From: Cytophagales bacterium
GTDB taxonomy: Bacteria > Bacteroidota > Bacteroidia > Cytophagales > Cyclobacteriaceae
Assembly: GCA_017303795.1 (NCBI GenBank)
Contig: JAFLBR010000011.1
Coordinates: 94,166-158,165, forward strand
Direction: 5' to 3'
Length of the DNA: 64,000 bases
Shown here: positions 1 to 10,650 of the stretch, one piece after another
How positions within the stretch are numbered: position 1 is the stretch's first letter
Layout of the letters: every line of letters starts with the position of its first letter
Notes under the pieces: generated by a model
Databases searched by the model: none
What the model saw: only the letters and a program-made list of their open reading frames with translations
Told to the model about the DNA's origin: nothing
Translations under genes and position numbers: made by a program

Positions 1-2
1 AT

Positions 3-680
3 GAATTGCCCTTCGAATTTGAAAACCGTAGTGGTACTAAAATAAAGGGCGTTAATGCGGCCGGATGGATTAAGGGCAAGACAGACTCGTATATCGTAAT
101 TTCAGCACATTATGATCATGTAGGCGTTCGAAGTGAAAAAATCTATAACGGTGCCGATGATAATGCTTCCGGAACCAGCGCACTTTTTGCAATAGCCGAA
201 TACTTCGGTAAACACAAACCCGAACACAATATTTTAATCGTGGCTTTCGATGCAGAGGAAATGGGTTTGCGAGGCGCAAGTGCATTTGTAGCCTCTCCAC
301 CAGTGCCTTTAGAAAAGATCAAAGTAAACTTGAATATGGATATGGTAGCCCGTGCCGATAAAGGCGAGTTGGTAGCCTGCGGAACATTCTTTTATCCGCA
401 ACTAAAGCCACACCTGGAAGGCCTGACATCCGAAAAAATAAAATTAGTGTTTGGACACGATGATCCTGAAAAGTATAAAGGTCAGGATAACTGGACCTTC
501 TCTTCCGATCATGGCCCATTTCATCGTGCTAAAATTCCGTTCATTTATTTTGGGGTAGAAGATCACAAAGACTATCACCAGCCTACCGATGATTTTGAAT
601 TAGTAAAGCCAGAAATTTATCAAGCCTGTGTAAAGCTGATTATTCAAGCTGCTGACAAAATTGATAAAGGGCTCAAGTAG
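3..680 (+). CDS. M28 family Zn metallopeptidase, 5'-truncated by window edge
   Basis: Frame open from position 3; motifs SAHYDH, GADDNASG, DAEEMGL, NMDM, SDH, YHQPTD. Confidence 0.9.
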   Translation, partial: ELPFEFENRSGTKIKGVNAAGWIKGKTDSYIVISAHYDHVGVRSEKIYNGADDNASGTSALFAIAEYFGKHKPEHNILIVAFDAEEMGLRGASAFVASPPVPLEKIKVNLNMDMVARADKGELVACGTFFYPQLKPHLEGLTSEKIKLVFGHDDPEKYKGQDNWTFSSDHGPFHRAKIPFIYFGVEDHKDYHQPTDDFELVKPEIYQACVKLIIQAADKIDKGLK

Positions 681-704
681 GATTAAGCAGATGACTTACT
701 CATT

Positions 705-1013
705 TTAATACTCTTTTGGTTCTTGTTTTACGTGCCGCATTCGTAAAATAAGGATTTCTTTATCAGAATATTTATAAGCAATTCGGAATGAGTATTTTTC
801 AAAGGCGCGATAATTCCCTGAATTAGCCTTTTTGAACTTATCGGGTGGGTACTTTTCTGGATTATCCGGAAGACTGTCTATTACTTTGATTATTCCGGTT
901 CTTACTTTCTCTGCATTTGAATAAGAATCCTGACAAATAAACTCGTAAACTTTTCGAAAAGAATTAGAAGCTCTAAAACTCCAGACCACAATAGGCTTGG
1001 ATTTTTTCACCAC
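705..1013 (-). CDS. RelE/ParE family toxin (TA module 1)
   Basis: 102 aa basic protein, GTG start overlapping antitoxin stop; RelE/ParE-like pattern (IVVWSxxA...YRAF...FRIAY...ILILRMRH). Confidence 0.8.
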   Translation of the reverse strand: MVKKSKPIVVWSFRASNSFRKVYEFICQDSYSNAEKVRTGIIKVIDSLPDNPEKYPPDKFKKANSGNYRAFEKYSFRIAYKYSDKEILILRMRHVKQEPKEY

Positions 1014-1231
1014 GCCTTCATTTGCTTCTTTAATTCATCCTGAGAAATAAATTCGCCTCTTTTTATTTCTGCTTCGGCTTCATCCAACTCTTGATTGTAC
1101 TGCTCAATACTTATACGGCCTTCATTCTTTAAGCCGTAATGTAACATGGCCTTGATAGCGCGTAACAACGAAAGATCATCAACTTGTTTAAGTTCGTTGA
1201 TAATTAGTGTACGTTCCACATTAATATCCAT
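1007..1231 (-). CDS. Antitoxin of TA module 1
   Basis: 74 aa with acidic C-terminus ending EAEIKRGEFISQDELKKQMKAW, directly upstream of and overlapping toxin. Confidence 0.75.
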   Translation of the reverse strand: MDINVERTLIINELKQVDDLSLLRAIKAMLHYGLKNEGRISIEQYNQELDEAEAEIKRGEFISQDELKKQMKAW

Positions 1232-1250
1232 GGCTCACCTGTTTAAATAC

Positions 1251-1258
1251 CAAATATA
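1251..1258 (-). promoter_or_regulatory. Bacteroidota -7 promoter element (TATATTTG) for TA module 1
   Basis: Exact TAnnTTTG on minus strand, 19 nt upstream of antitoxin ATG. Confidence 0.55.
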
Positions 1259-1305
1259 ACGATTTCAAAAAGAAAATATTTATGCTGATTCTGAAATGGC
1301 CTTGA

Positions 1306-2190
1306 TCAATCGAAGGGCACATGCACATGCCGCTCGGCATGATAGCTTGAACGTACCAGCGGCCCAGACTCTACATATTTAAGTCCGCGCTTCAAACCCT
1401 CTTCTTTATACATGGCGAAGGTATCGGGGTGAATAAACTCAGCCACTTCTAAATGCATTTTAGTAGGCTGTAAATATTGGCCGAGTGTTAAGATCATTAA
1501 TCCATTTGCGGCCAGATCGTCCATCGCTTTAAAAACTTCTTCTTTGGTTTCGCCTACGCCCAGCATAATGCCAGACTTGGTGCGCTTACCTGCTTCGCGA
1601 ATGCGTTTGATCTGTTCCAAACTACGTTCGTACTTAGCTTGTGGTCTTACAATTCTGTAAAGGCGGCCCACGGTTTCCATGTTGTGCGATACCACTTCCT
1701 GTCCGCCTTCAATCATACGATAGAGCGCATCCCAGTTGCCTTTGGTATCGGGAATTAAGGTTTCAATAGTAGTTGCAGGACTAAGTGCTTTGGTTTGTAC
1801 TACCGTTTGATACCACACTTCGGCACCACGGTCTTTTAACTCATCGCGGTTAACGGAAGTAATAACCGCATGTTTTACACCCATTTTTTTAATTGCTTCT
1901 GCAACACGCTGAGGTTCTTCAATATCATATTCGGTTGGTCTGCCGGTAGCCACCGCACAAAAGGTGCAACTACGCGTACACACATTACCCAAAATCATAA
2001 AGGTAGCTGTACCGGCTCCCCAGCATTCGCCCATGTTTGGGCAGTTACCGCTTTCGCAGATGGTATGCAGTTTATTTTCGTCTACCAGTTTACGCACTTT
2101 GGCATACTCAGGCCCTACAGGCAACTTTACGCGCAACCAATCGGGTTTACGCTTTTTTGCTTCGGGCGATATTACGGGTAGTTCAATCAT
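1306..2190 (-). CDS. lipA: Lipoyl synthase
   Basis: CX4CX5C ([12 protein letters not shown]), radical-SAM CX3CX2C (CTRSCTFC) and C-terminal RSSY. Confidence 0.97.
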   Translation of the reverse strand: MIELPVISPEAKKRKPDWLRVKLPVGPEYAKVRKLVDENKLHTICESGNCPNMGECWGAGTATFMILGNVCTRSCTFCAVATGRPTEYDIEEPQRVAEAIKKMGVKHAVITSVNRDELKDRGAEVWYQTVVQTKALSPATTIETLIPDTKGNWDALYRMIEGGQEVVSHNMETVGRLYRIVRPQAKYERSLEQIKRIREAGKRTKSGIMLGVGETKEEVFKAMDDLAANGLMILTLGQYLQPTKMHLEVAEFIHPDTFAMYKEEGLKRGLKYVESGPLVRSSYHAERHVHVPFD

Positions 2191-2306
2191 TTAGTAGTAG
2201 TTAGTCTTTAGTAGTTAGTCCTTAGTCTTTAGTAGTTAAGTCCTTAATACAAAATATTTACTCAGGACTAAAGACTATGTACTCAGTACTAACTACTCAA
2301 GACTAA
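2191..2306. repeat. Heptamer-periodic intergenic array with inverted second half
   Basis: TTAGTCT TTAGTAG TTAGTCC TTAGTCT TTAGTAG, then complementary GGACTAA AGACTAT GTACTCA GTACTAA CTACTCA AGACTAA. Confidence 0.8.
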
Positions 2307-2312
2307 CGAAAA

Positions 2313-2693
2313 TTATTTACCAATAAGTTCCTGGTATTGATCTGCACTCAGTAAACCACTGGTTTCGGCTGCGTTGGAAATTTCAACTTTCACCATCCAG
2401 CCATCGCCATACGGATCGCTATTTACTTTTTCGGGACCGCTTTCCAGGGCTTTATTAAATTCAATCACCTTTCCGCTAAGCGGCATAAACAGGTCTGACA
2501 CGGTTTTAACCGCTTCCACGGTTCCAAAAACATCGTGCTGATTAAGGCTTTGGCCAACCGATGAAATGTCTACATAAACAATATCGCCCAACTCGCCCTG
2601 GGCAAAATCGGTAATGCCTACGGTAGCAATGTTGCCATCAATCTTAATCCATTCGTGGTCTTTGGTGTACTTCAGGTTTGCAGGAATGCTCAT
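2313..2693 (-). CDS. gcvH: Glycine cleavage system H protein
   Basis: YTKDHEW start; lipoyl-Lys motif VEAVKTVSD; SDPYGDGW. Confidence 0.97.
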   Translation of the reverse strand: MSIPANLKYTKDHEWIKIDGNIATVGITDFAQGELGDIVYVDISSVGQSLNQHDVFGTVEAVKTVSDLFMPLSGKVIEFNKALESGPEKVNSDPYGDGWMVKVEISNAAETSGLLSADQYQELIGK

Positions 2694-2712
2694 GTGGTTC
2701 GATTTAGAAAAC

Positions 2713-2720
2713 CAAAATTA
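2713..2720 (-). promoter_or_regulatory. -7 promoter element (TAATTTTG) for gcvH-lipA
   Basis: Exact TAnnTTTG 19 nt upstream of gcvH ATG. Confidence 0.55.
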
Positions 2721-2726
2721 AGACAA

Positions 2727-2758
2727 TTGTCAGTTGTCAATTACTCAATTGTCAATTA
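2727..2758. repeat. Short heptamer-type array between sprA and gcvH
   Basis: TTGTCAG TTGTCAA TTACTCAA TTGTCAA. Confidence 0.65.
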
Positions 2759-2759
2759 T

Positions 2760-5700
2760 TTATTGAGCCAAATTGAATAGAATCTTAAATCCGGCCCGGG
2801 TGGTGCTGCGCCTGAATGAGTTGGTTACCAGCGGTTCGTTTACACTGCGTTCCATATACGCCTGTACGCGCAGTTTCTGGTTTACCAAATAGCTAACATT
2901 AGGACGTAATTGGAAATTGATATTACCGTTGGTAACGGTGTTTACCTCTGCAATTTTGCGTTGAATGGTTCGGTTGTTGGTTACGCTCATGTTCATCTGG
3001 AAGGTGATATCGTTTTTGAGTGTAATCACACGGCCTTCACTCTTAAACGGCAAACGCATATTGTTTTTGGTATAACCAATATCAACCGACCAATCTTTGC
3101 TGTTGAGTTCCGTTATCTGCGAGTTGGAAATATTAAGTGCAAGATCGCGTTTGGTTTTATATTCAAATTTTAGATTCAGTTTTTTCTTGGTGCGAACATT
3201 AATCCCGATAAGGGGCGAAAACTGTTCGCTTATCATTACCTGACTGATTACATACACCGGAATCAACTCGCCATTTGCATTGGTCTTACTGGCAAATAAA
3301 CCATTGTTGTAATCTTCAATCGGGTTAGTAAGCCCTACCTGATTTTCATTGTACTCAAGCGAGTTTGAATAATTAACAACCGAATAAGAAGATGTGTACG
3401 CATGGTTGATGGTAATGGATTGGAAGATGTCTTTGAGATTACCCATTTTGCCTAACCCGGTGTAATCCACGCGCCAGCTTGGTATAGGCAACCGTGGGAA
3501 AGGTGAGAGGTTGGTGCTCTCTGCTGATTTGCCGGTGTAGGCTGCAAGGAATGCCGGAATCAGTACATCTTGCGAACGACTCTCATAAGAATTACCGGTA
3601 ATCGCTGTAAAGCGAGTTTGCATAATGGCAATGTTTTCTTCAAACTGTTTAAACACCGTTGAGTTTAAACTTTCGTTGTTTCGGAAGGCTGTATTAATAG
3701 TATTGATGGAAATTTTATAAGAACCAATCCGGCTGGGACTTAACGATTCATAAGCAGTGCCTGCCGAATCTAATCTGAAAATTTCCTGAAAGGCCGTGGT
3801 AGAATTTTTCTTTACATCAAGTTTGATGCGCAGTTCTGTTGAAGGCTCAACCGCAGCACTCAAAGTCAAATCTTTCATTTGGTTTTGTGTAAACGGAGTG
3901 GTTAACCGCTGGCTTCGCGTAAGCCAACCGTTTGCTCCAGCTTTTTCCTGAAAGCCCGCCTCCTGCTGACCTAAAACAAAACCCCAACCCGGTGCGCCCC
4001 ACCCTTTATCTAAACCAAACATGTATGGATCGGGTGTAAACCCCGGCAGTATGGTTCCTTGGGTTATGCTGTACGTTCCCGTTACATTTCTCACCGCCAT
4101 AATCAAACGCAACATTCCTTTAAGTGCTTTTAAATCGGGTGGCCTTTTTACTGTGTCGGGCTGTACAGGTTTGGTGGTTGGTGTGCCTGGCCGCGTGGGC
4201 ACTGGCCGTGGTGGTGTATTTACATTTTTAAGGAAACCGATTTTGTTATACAGTTTCACAAAATCAATCCGGCCACTCAGTGCCTGGTCTTGCGTGTTTT
4301 GAATGATGTTACCCAATCGCAACGATTCATCTTTTTCTAATGGCCCGGCTTGCCAGTTGTAACCCACATTGTACCGATACTCTGCACCTAACCAATTGGT
4401 GAGTGGAAGTTTTTCTAATGGTAAGGTATAGTTGGCGGTAATGTTCTGATCAAAATTTTTCATCCGCCCCAGTTTTTTCAGATTGTCTATCACTACCTGA
4501 ATGGAATCGCGATTATCCAGATCGCCATCGGGCTCGTCAATAATGGCATTTACACGCGATGAATAATCGAGACCGAGTGTTTTAGTGATGTCCCAACGTA
4601 CATTGTACTTCCTATTAAACACAAAGAATTTCTCAAAGTTGGGAATAGAACTTTCAGCATCATTGTTCGCATTGCGATAAACCTTTTTTGTAAAAGATCG
4701 ATCCAGATCGCCCTGTATAAAAATTTTGGTAGGCATGGGGTTAAAATTGAAGTCTTTAATCAGTTGTAAAAAGGGCGACTTCAAGCCCTTGGAATCTTTA
4801 AAAGGTTCAAAGCCTTTAAATTTAGGTGTGTATTGCCATGTGATTGCACCTTTATAAGTTCTTACTGTGTTTTCTTTATGATTGAAATTAGTTTGTGTAG
4901 CCTCAGTGAACGCATACGTGAACGAAAAATTCTCAACATCATAAATGTGTGCTACTGCTTCTTTATTGGTTTTTATTTTTCGCACGTTTGCGAAATTTAG
5001 ACTTCGCCTGATACTGCGGTCCTGAATAATTTTTAAATATTCTTCTCGTTCGGCATCGGAGTTAAAGGATTGCAAGGCAGCTTGTATGCGCAAGTCGGGG
5101 TTGGCCGGGTCGTACTTCGGATTAATGATGTTACTCTCATAACTTATAAACATCGGAATCTTTAATCCCGTCCACTGCGGCAATAGTTTATCGATATTCA
5201 GATTAGCCGAAACATCATAGCGGGTTGTTTCACCACGTGCCCGCTCCGAAATTTTAGATTGTACACCACCGTAACCAAAACTAATATGGCGCAGCGAACC
5301 ACTCACGGTACCAAGGTCCGCAAGTTTTGTATTTAACATTACGTTAGCTGCCCAACCCGCGGTACGATCGAAATCGGTTAACCGCATTTCGTTGGCCCAC
5401 AAGCACACATCAAATGTTTTGGCATCATCGGTGCGCGGGTTACGAATACCAATCATCATGGTGCGCACCTGACTTAAATCGGGCCTGCCCAAAATGCGAA
5501 TGCCATGTTTACCGGCAGGCTCGGGCCCGGCTTGTGGATATAAAATGGCAAGATTAAACCCTTCGCGATCGCGCCTTGCCTTTAAGGCATAGAGTTCATT
5601 CAAATCAAGATCAATCTGATTTTGATCGGGCCATACTTCTTCTAAAGATCGTACTCCGGCTGGTGTAATTTTTAGTGGTAGTTCAATCTCATAATAGTGT

Positions 5701-8700
5701 TCATCAAAGTCGGTACCCAATCGTAAAAAAGCAACCAACTCATTATCATCAAGAGATTTGGTAAGGTTGGTGCTATGCGCACTGATAAACATTTTAATGC
5801 GCCCGTAGTTGAAGAAGTCCATCGACACGTTTTTGTAAATAGCCCGCGCATCGCCATCGGGCAAATCGGTTACGCACATTTGTACCGACTGTTCATTTAA
5901 CCTGCGCTGTACAGCCGAAGTATTATCGCGGTCGCGCCTTAGTGGCTCGATGTAACCGGGCTTAATTTCATTCGGGCTACCATTCTCTTCAATGTTTACT
6001 ACCGACACCGAAAAATTATCCAGATTAGGTTCAATAGGTTCACCAAAGCGCGATTCTTCCAGGTTCTCGGTGTATCTTCTCCAGCGGTTACCCACCGCTC
6101 TGAATTTAGCCATGCGCAACACAACCGGTTTATCAAATTCAGTAAGAATCATGCGTGCATACCGAATGGATTTAAAACCATCAATACCACCCACCACGCC
6201 ATCAAACTGCCTTACGGGAATGCGGAACAAATACCACGTTGCATCCGGATTATCGGCCGAGGTAACAGCATCTACAATGTACTTGTTACCTACCTGAAGT
6301 TTGCTGGGCGTTAACTCAATGTTGTAGCTGTAATATTCTTCAAGATCGCTTAATGTATTGTCTTGATTTAAGTCTTCATTATCGGGTATGGTAGTGCCAG
6401 AGATAGCAAAAGCTTCGTTGCCAGTAAGGACAGGCGTGTTGCCTTCCTGATTATTGAAGTTTTTGTAACGTTCCAGAATTTTAGCATCACGGTCATCAAG
6501 ATCGTTACCCAAAAAGTAGTTAAAATCATCGGCTGATGGATCGCGTACTATTGTTTCTTTTGCTTCAGGAGTTAAAACAAGGCTCTTGTTTATTTGATCC
6601 AGAAACTCCCCATCTCGCCCAAGTTTAACCCGTTCATTTATGTTCCCCATTCCATCTAAACCCACATCCTGATTTGGCCGACCAGAAGCATCATTATCAA
6701 ACGCATTGTTGATGTATTGCTTATTGGTAACATAACCCCATGGGTTTTCAGTTACATTAATAGACGAGAGTTCGCCATTGGCGGGTAATCCATTTTCAAA
6801 AGCGTGTTTGCCATCACGGATTACATCTTCTGAAATACTCCCTAAATGAAAAATAAGTTTACCACCACTGGTGTTCGATGCGGGCGGGTTGATACCATCA
6901 TTAATAAATCCTCGTGGGTTGTTGATGAATGGATTCAACAACCAGAATTCAATGTATTCGATGTTAGCCTTATCAAAGTCAACTTCGGTGCGAATGGCAG
7001 TGGTAATACCAGCCCAATTGTCTTTTGGAGAGGGCAACATTCCGGTTGAGGTTAGATTATGATTGTAATTATAAGGCCCCCGTTCTGCCGGATAATAGGC
7101 CACATCAAAAATCTGCTCAAAAAAGTTACCGATATAATTATCGAAGAATGGGAAAATTTCCTGTGGCGATACAGAGCGCACGTAATGATTAGCCAAATCA
7201 TTTTCTGAAATGTTAGATGGTTTGAATCGCCCTCCGGTTCTGTAAAATAAATTATCAACCTGGTACCACGCTAACTTAGCTCTTTTATAGCCAGTCCTAA
7301 GGTCATTTGGTAAGCCAAGGGCATCATCAAAATCGCGTGGCACTGAAGCCAGTTTCCACGCCTGTGGACTAAGTAAACTGTAAGGGGTAGCGGTGTTTTC
7401 AAAGTCATCGATAAACGAAGTGCCATCGCCATCTACAATGTTAGATGTACCCGGTAGCAATTGCGCAAACTCTGCATTAAGTGTTACAGTAGATTGTTCT
7501 TTGGTTTGAAGGAAAGGCAGCGCGTCTACCATCTTGGTTAAGAAGCGCGATTCTTTGCGCATATTAAAATCCAATCCGTATTGAATGTTGCGTGCTGGTT
7601 CAGTACCAATCAGGTTGCGCGATACCAATGGTCGCTCGTTGTAGTACAGGAAAGTAGAACCAATGTTTATGTCGTCATTCAGCTTGTAATCCATGCGTGT
7701 GCCCAGCAACGATCGCGTTTGAAAAGCAAATGGATCTTGTTGTTCGTAGTTAATGTCAATGTCCTTACCCGAAGTAAGAATACCTTCGTTCAGAATGGTA
7801 ACTTTTCCAAACGTATAATCAACCGTATAATCCAGACCTTCCTGTAAAGGCATACCACCGGCATATACTTTTACTGAGCCGGGCGAAATGTTAAAACCCT
7901 GAATGATAATTTCTTTTCCTGACCCTGCCTTGAACGAACCCGTTAAGTAAAATTTGTTTTTAGTTGTTACCAGTTCGGCTTCAGCTTTTGTGGTGCGGTA
8001 TAACGTATCGTACACGTACTTACGCGTTAGCTGATCGCGCAACGCGAGGTTACTTTCTTTGGTAAACAGATCGCGCAAAGCCTTGTTAAAAGGCTCCAGG
8101 TATGGAAATACAATGGTTCCGGTTTCGGAGTTGATGGTTATCTTTTCTACATAGTCGAAGTTACCATCGGGTTGCGGGTCGTTATACGGATTGAGTCGAT
8201 CTAACCCAAACACGCGTATCAATTGTTGCGTGCGCGCGAAGTCGCCCTCTTGTAACTGCGGGTTATCAATACCGGTGCGGTCATCGCGGTAGATTACGCG
8301 CAACTGAAACCCATCGCGGGTAAGGCCACTTACATTCAGGTTGTAAATGTTTTTCATCATCAGATCCCACGTAGGTAGAATTCTACCTTGCTGATCTTTG
8401 ATGGCAATTTTGCGCGGCCGTAATAATTTCAGGTAAGCCACCTCATCTTCAGGTTTGTTACCATAGTCCTCAGAGAGTTCGCCTACTTTATACGCTCGAC
8501 CGTTATACGTGTACTCAAACGCTACGGCAAGGGCCTCATCGTTTTGAAGTTTGCGTTGCAAGGTTAAGTAACCTAGCTCTTTATGGAAGGTGTATTCTGT
8601 TGAGGCAAGCTTACGGGCAGAAGTAATTTTTTCGAAGTCGGTACCGTTTACTAAACCCAAACCTTCTAATGCCTGATTAATCCCATCGGATCCTGCGGAG

Positions 8701-9914
8701 ATTCCGCCCAATAGCGTAAACAAATTATTGACATTGTTGGAAGTGGGTGACGCTGGATTTGCAGTTGAGGTGATTGCATTGTTATAAATTTTTCCTGACT
8801 CGCCCATATCCATTAAGCCCACTACGTTGCGCAGGGTTTGGGTGTCGTTTTGCCGGTTTAAAAGATATACTTCTACGCGCGTAATGTTTACGCCCGAGGT
8901 AATCTGCGGAAGCGTGCTTAACCAGTTTTCAAAATTATCGCGGAAGAACTGGCCTAAGAAGAAGTGTCGGTTTTCATCGTAGTTAGACCCTACAATTTCA
9001 AATGGCCGACCTTGCGAGGCGCCATTCGTGCTGCCATTTACTTTTATGCTGGATTGTTTACCGCGCTGCGTAGTGGCTAAGGTGGTTACAAACAGTTTAC
9101 CAAACTGCATCTGCGCTTTTATACCAAACAGGTTTTGCGAGCCGGTGATCAAACTGTTGTTAAGTGGAAGACTTACGTTACCAATCTCTAACTTTTTAAG
9201 AATGTCTTCTTTAAAGCCGGTGTACTCCACCTTCATATTGTTTTGAAAATCGAAGGAGTTATTGTTATCGAAGTTGGTAGTAACGGCCAGCTTTTCGCCT
9301 ACCTTACCTTGCACACTCAGGTTTATTTGCTGATCGAACTCAAACCCACCGTTGCGCTGCTGGCGGATGGGAATAGAAGGGTTTTCTAACTTTTGAAACT
9401 GTGCCCCAAAGTCAAGATTCACAAATCCCCTTGGAATTAACTCTACATAGCTGCCGCCAAAAATGCGATCGAGTACGGGGCTAACATAAATTTTGGGAAT
9501 TAACCCGCGGCTGCTCACGGCACTTTCGCCATCTAATGCTTTACTGCGCGTTTGCCAATAATCGCGTTTAATAAGTTTATACTGCTCTGCATTAAATTCA
9601 TCGAACGAGATGGACGAGGGCGGGCGGTAATTAAGCGTACCCATCTTCTCGAAAATGGTGTAGTTGCGGCCCGTGTCAATCTGCAAATCGAACCCCAGAT
9701 TTTTAGAGTCTTGCAAAAACAGCGGTGAAAAACTTCGGTAGTTCGAAAACGGGTCGCCATAGCGATCGCGCAAGCGAAAAGTTGGCCTGAAGGGGTTGGT
9801 AATTCTAAACCTGGAGGTATCGGTGCGCACAGTATCCTGCTGCCCCATTGCCAATGGGGAGAGGCCAATAGTCAGGCCCAGGAGGAGCAGGATCTTCCGG
9901 TATCTTACAGTCAA
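2760..9914 (-). CDS. sprA: Type IX secretion system outer-membrane translocon SprA (Sov)
   Basis: 2384 aa, signal peptide, SprA-type segments (FDFQNNMKVEY, YDENRHFFL, IEYIEFW); conserved ruvA-sprA-gcvH order. Confidence 0.95.
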   Translation of the reverse strand: MTVRYRKILLLLGLTIGLSPLAMGQQDTVRTDTSRFRITNPFRPTFRLRDRYGDPFSNYRSFSPLFLQDSKNLGFDLQIDTGRNYTIFEKMGTLNYRPPSSISFDEFNAEQYKLIKRDYWQTRSKALDGESAVSSRGLIPKIYVSPVLDRIFGGSYVELIPRGFVNLDFGAQFQKLENPSIPIRQQRNGGFEFDQQINLSVQGKVGEKLAVTTNFDNNNSFDFQNNMKVEYTGFKEDILKKLEIGNVSLPLNNSLITGSQNLFGIKAQMQFGKLFVTTLATTQRGKQSSIKVNGSTNGASQGRPFEIVGSNYDENRHFFLGQFFRDNFENWLSTLPQITSGVNITRVEVYLLNRQNDTQTLRNVVGLMDMGESGKIYNNAITSTANPASPTSNNVNNLFTLLGGISAGSDGINQALEGLGLVNGTDFEKITSARKLASTEYTFHKELGYLTLQRKLQNDEALAVAFEYTYNGRAYKVGELSEDYGNKPEDEVAYLKLLRPRKIAIKDQQGRILPTWDLMMKNIYNLNVSGLTRDGFQLRVIYRDDRTGIDNPQLQEGDFARTQQLIRVFGLDRLNPYNDPQPDGNFDYVEKITINSETGTIVFPYLEPFNKALRDLFTKESNLALRDQLTRKYVYDTLYRTTKAEAELVTTKNKFYLTGSFKAGSGKEIIIQGFNISPGSVKVYAGGMPLQEGLDYTVDYTFGKVTILNEGILTSGKDIDINYEQQDPFAFQTRSLLGTRMDYKLNDDINIGSTFLYYNERPLVSRNLIGTEPARNIQYGLDFNMRKESRFLTKMVDALPFLQTKEQSTVTLNAEFAQLLPGTSNIVDGDGTSFIDDFENTATPYSLLSPQAWKLASVPRDFDDALGLPNDLRTGYKRAKLAWYQVDNLFYRTGGRFKPSNISENDLANHYVRSVSPQEIFPFFDNYIGNFFEQIFDVAYYPAERGPYNYNHNLTSTGMLPSPKDNWAGITTAIRTEVDFDKANIEYIEFWLLNPFINNPRGFINDGINPPASNTSGGKLIFHLGSISEDVIRDGKHAFENGLPANGELSSINVTENPWGYVTNKQYINNAFDNDASGRPNQDVGLDGMGNINERVKLGRDGEFLDQINKSLVLTPEAKETIVRDPSADDFNYFLGNDLDDRDAKILERYKNFNNQEGNTPVLTGNEAFAISGTTIPDNEDLNQDNTLSDLEEYYSYNIELTPSKLQVGNKYIVDAVTSADNPDATWYLFRIPVRQFDGVVGGIDGFKSIRYARMILTEFDKPVVLRMAKFRAVGNRWRRYTENLEESRFGEPIEPNLDNFSVSVVNIEENGSPNEIKPGYIEPLRRDRDNTSAVQRRLNEQSVQMCVTDLPDGDARAIYKNVSMDFFNYGRIKMFISAHSTNLTKSLDDNELVAFLRLGTDFDEHYYEIELPLKITPAGVRSLEEVWPDQNQIDLDLNELYALKARRDREGFNLAILYPQAGPEPAGKHGIRILGRPDLSQVRTMMIGIRNPRTDDAKTFDVCLWANEMRLTDFDRTAGWAANVMLNTKLADLGTVSGSLRHISFGYGGVQSKISERARGETTRYDVSANLNIDKLLPQWTGLKIPMFISYESNIINPKYDPANPDLRIQAALQSFNSDAEREEYLKIIQDRSIRRSLNFANVRKIKTNKEAVAHIYDVENFSFTYAFTEATQTNFNHKENTVRTYKGAITWQYTPKFKGFEPFKDSKGLKSPFLQLIKDFNFNPMPTKIFIQGDLDRSFTKKVYRNANNDAESSIPNFEKFFVFNRKYNVRWDITKTLGLDYSSRVNAIIDEPDGDLDNRDSIQVVIDNLKKLGRMKNFDQNITANYTLPLEKLPLTNWLGAEYRYNVGYNWQAGPLEKDESLRLGNIIQNTQDQALSGRIDFVKLYNKIGFLKNVNTPPRPVPTRPGTPTTKPVQPDTVKRPPDLKALKGMLRLIMAVRNVTGTYSITQGTILPGFTPDPYMFGLDKGWGAPGWGFVLGQQEAGFQEKAGANGWLTRSQRLTTPFTQNQMKDLTLSAAVEPSTELRIKLDVKKNSTTAFQEIFRLDSAGTAYESLSPSRIGSYKISINTINTAFRNNESLNSTVFKQFEENIAIMQTRFTAITGNSYESRSQDVLIPAFLAAYTGKSAESTNLSPFPRLPIPSWRVDYTGLGKMGNLKDIFQSITINHAYTSSYSVVNYSNSLEYNENQVGLTNPIEDYNNGLFASKTNANGELIPVYVISQVMISEQFSPLIGINVRTKKKLNLKFEYKTKRDLALNISNSQITELNSKDWSVDIGYTKNNMRLPFKSEGRVITLKNDITFQMNMSVTNNRTIQRKIAEVNTVTNGNINFQLRPNVSYLVNQKLRVQAYMERSVNEPLVTNSFRRSTTRAGFKILFNLAQ

Positions 9915-9921
9915 TGGTGGT

Positions 9922-10509
9922 TCAGGCGTTTTTAAGTGCTTGCTTTACGAGCTCTTCTAAACTTATTGTGTTTCCTGACTTCTTCAGGATTGCATCAACA
10001 CTCTTTTCAGCCGCAGCTTTGGCAATGCCAAGCGTAATCAAGGCAGTTAACGCCTCGTGGCGGATGGTATTGTGTATCAGCCCCGGTTTTCCGGTATCGT
10101 CAAAGCCATCTTTGCGCAGTTTATCTTTCAACTCTAACACCAGCCGCTGGGCCGTTTTTCCTCCAATTCCCTTTACGGATTGCAGGGTGGCAACATCTTC
10201 GCGCACAATGGCCGCTTTTAAATCGGTTGGCGATAAATAGGATAAAACCACTAAGGCCGTGTTGGGGCCTACTCCGTTAACCGAGATCAGGTGCTGAAAC
10301 ATTTGTTTTTCGGATTCGCTGGCAAAGCCAAACAAAATGTGGGCGTCTTCGCGCACATGCATGTACGTAAGCAGCGTAAGGTCTTCGCGATCTTTGATTT
10401 CGGAGAATGTATTTAGCGAAATGCTCACCTGGTAGCCAATGCCGTTTACCTCCAACAGCACAAATGTGGGCTCCTTATGTGCGAGCTTTCCTTTTAAGTA
10501 GGCAATCAT
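9922..10509 (-). CDS. ruvA: Holliday junction branch migration protein RuvA
   Basis: MIAYLKG start, GIGYQV, HVREDA, HhH motifs SVNGVGP and VKGIGGKTAQRL. Confidence 0.97.
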   Translation of the reverse strand: MIAYLKGKLAHKEPTFVLLEVNGIGYQVSISLNTFSEIKDREDLTLLTYMHVREDAHILFGFASESEKQMFQHLISVNGVGPNTALVVLSYLSPTDLKAAIVREDVATLQSVKGIGGKTAQRLVLELKDKLRKDGFDDTGKPGLIHNTIRHEALTALITLGIAKAAAEKSVDAILKKSGNTISLEELVKQALKNA

Positions 10510-10576
10510 GGAAAAGCTTAAAAAATAAAATGCAGTTTACGAGGATTTGGGCAGGGATGCAAATGGTAGAAATCGG

Positions 10577-10631
10577 GGTTCAAGGTTGCCAACCTTTGAA
10601 ACCTTGAAACCGTTTTTGAACTTTCAACTTG
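10577..10631. repeat. Degenerate 7-8 nt periodic repeat upstream of ruvA
   Basis: GGTTCAA GGTTGCC ... TTGAAACC TTGAAACC ... TTGAACT TTCAACT. Confidence 0.5.
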
Positions 10632-10650
10632 TAAGCATAATTATATCCAT

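Noticed and set aside
2191-2306. Possible CRISPR array
   Set aside because: Units are 7 nt with no unique spacers, and no cas genes occur in the window.
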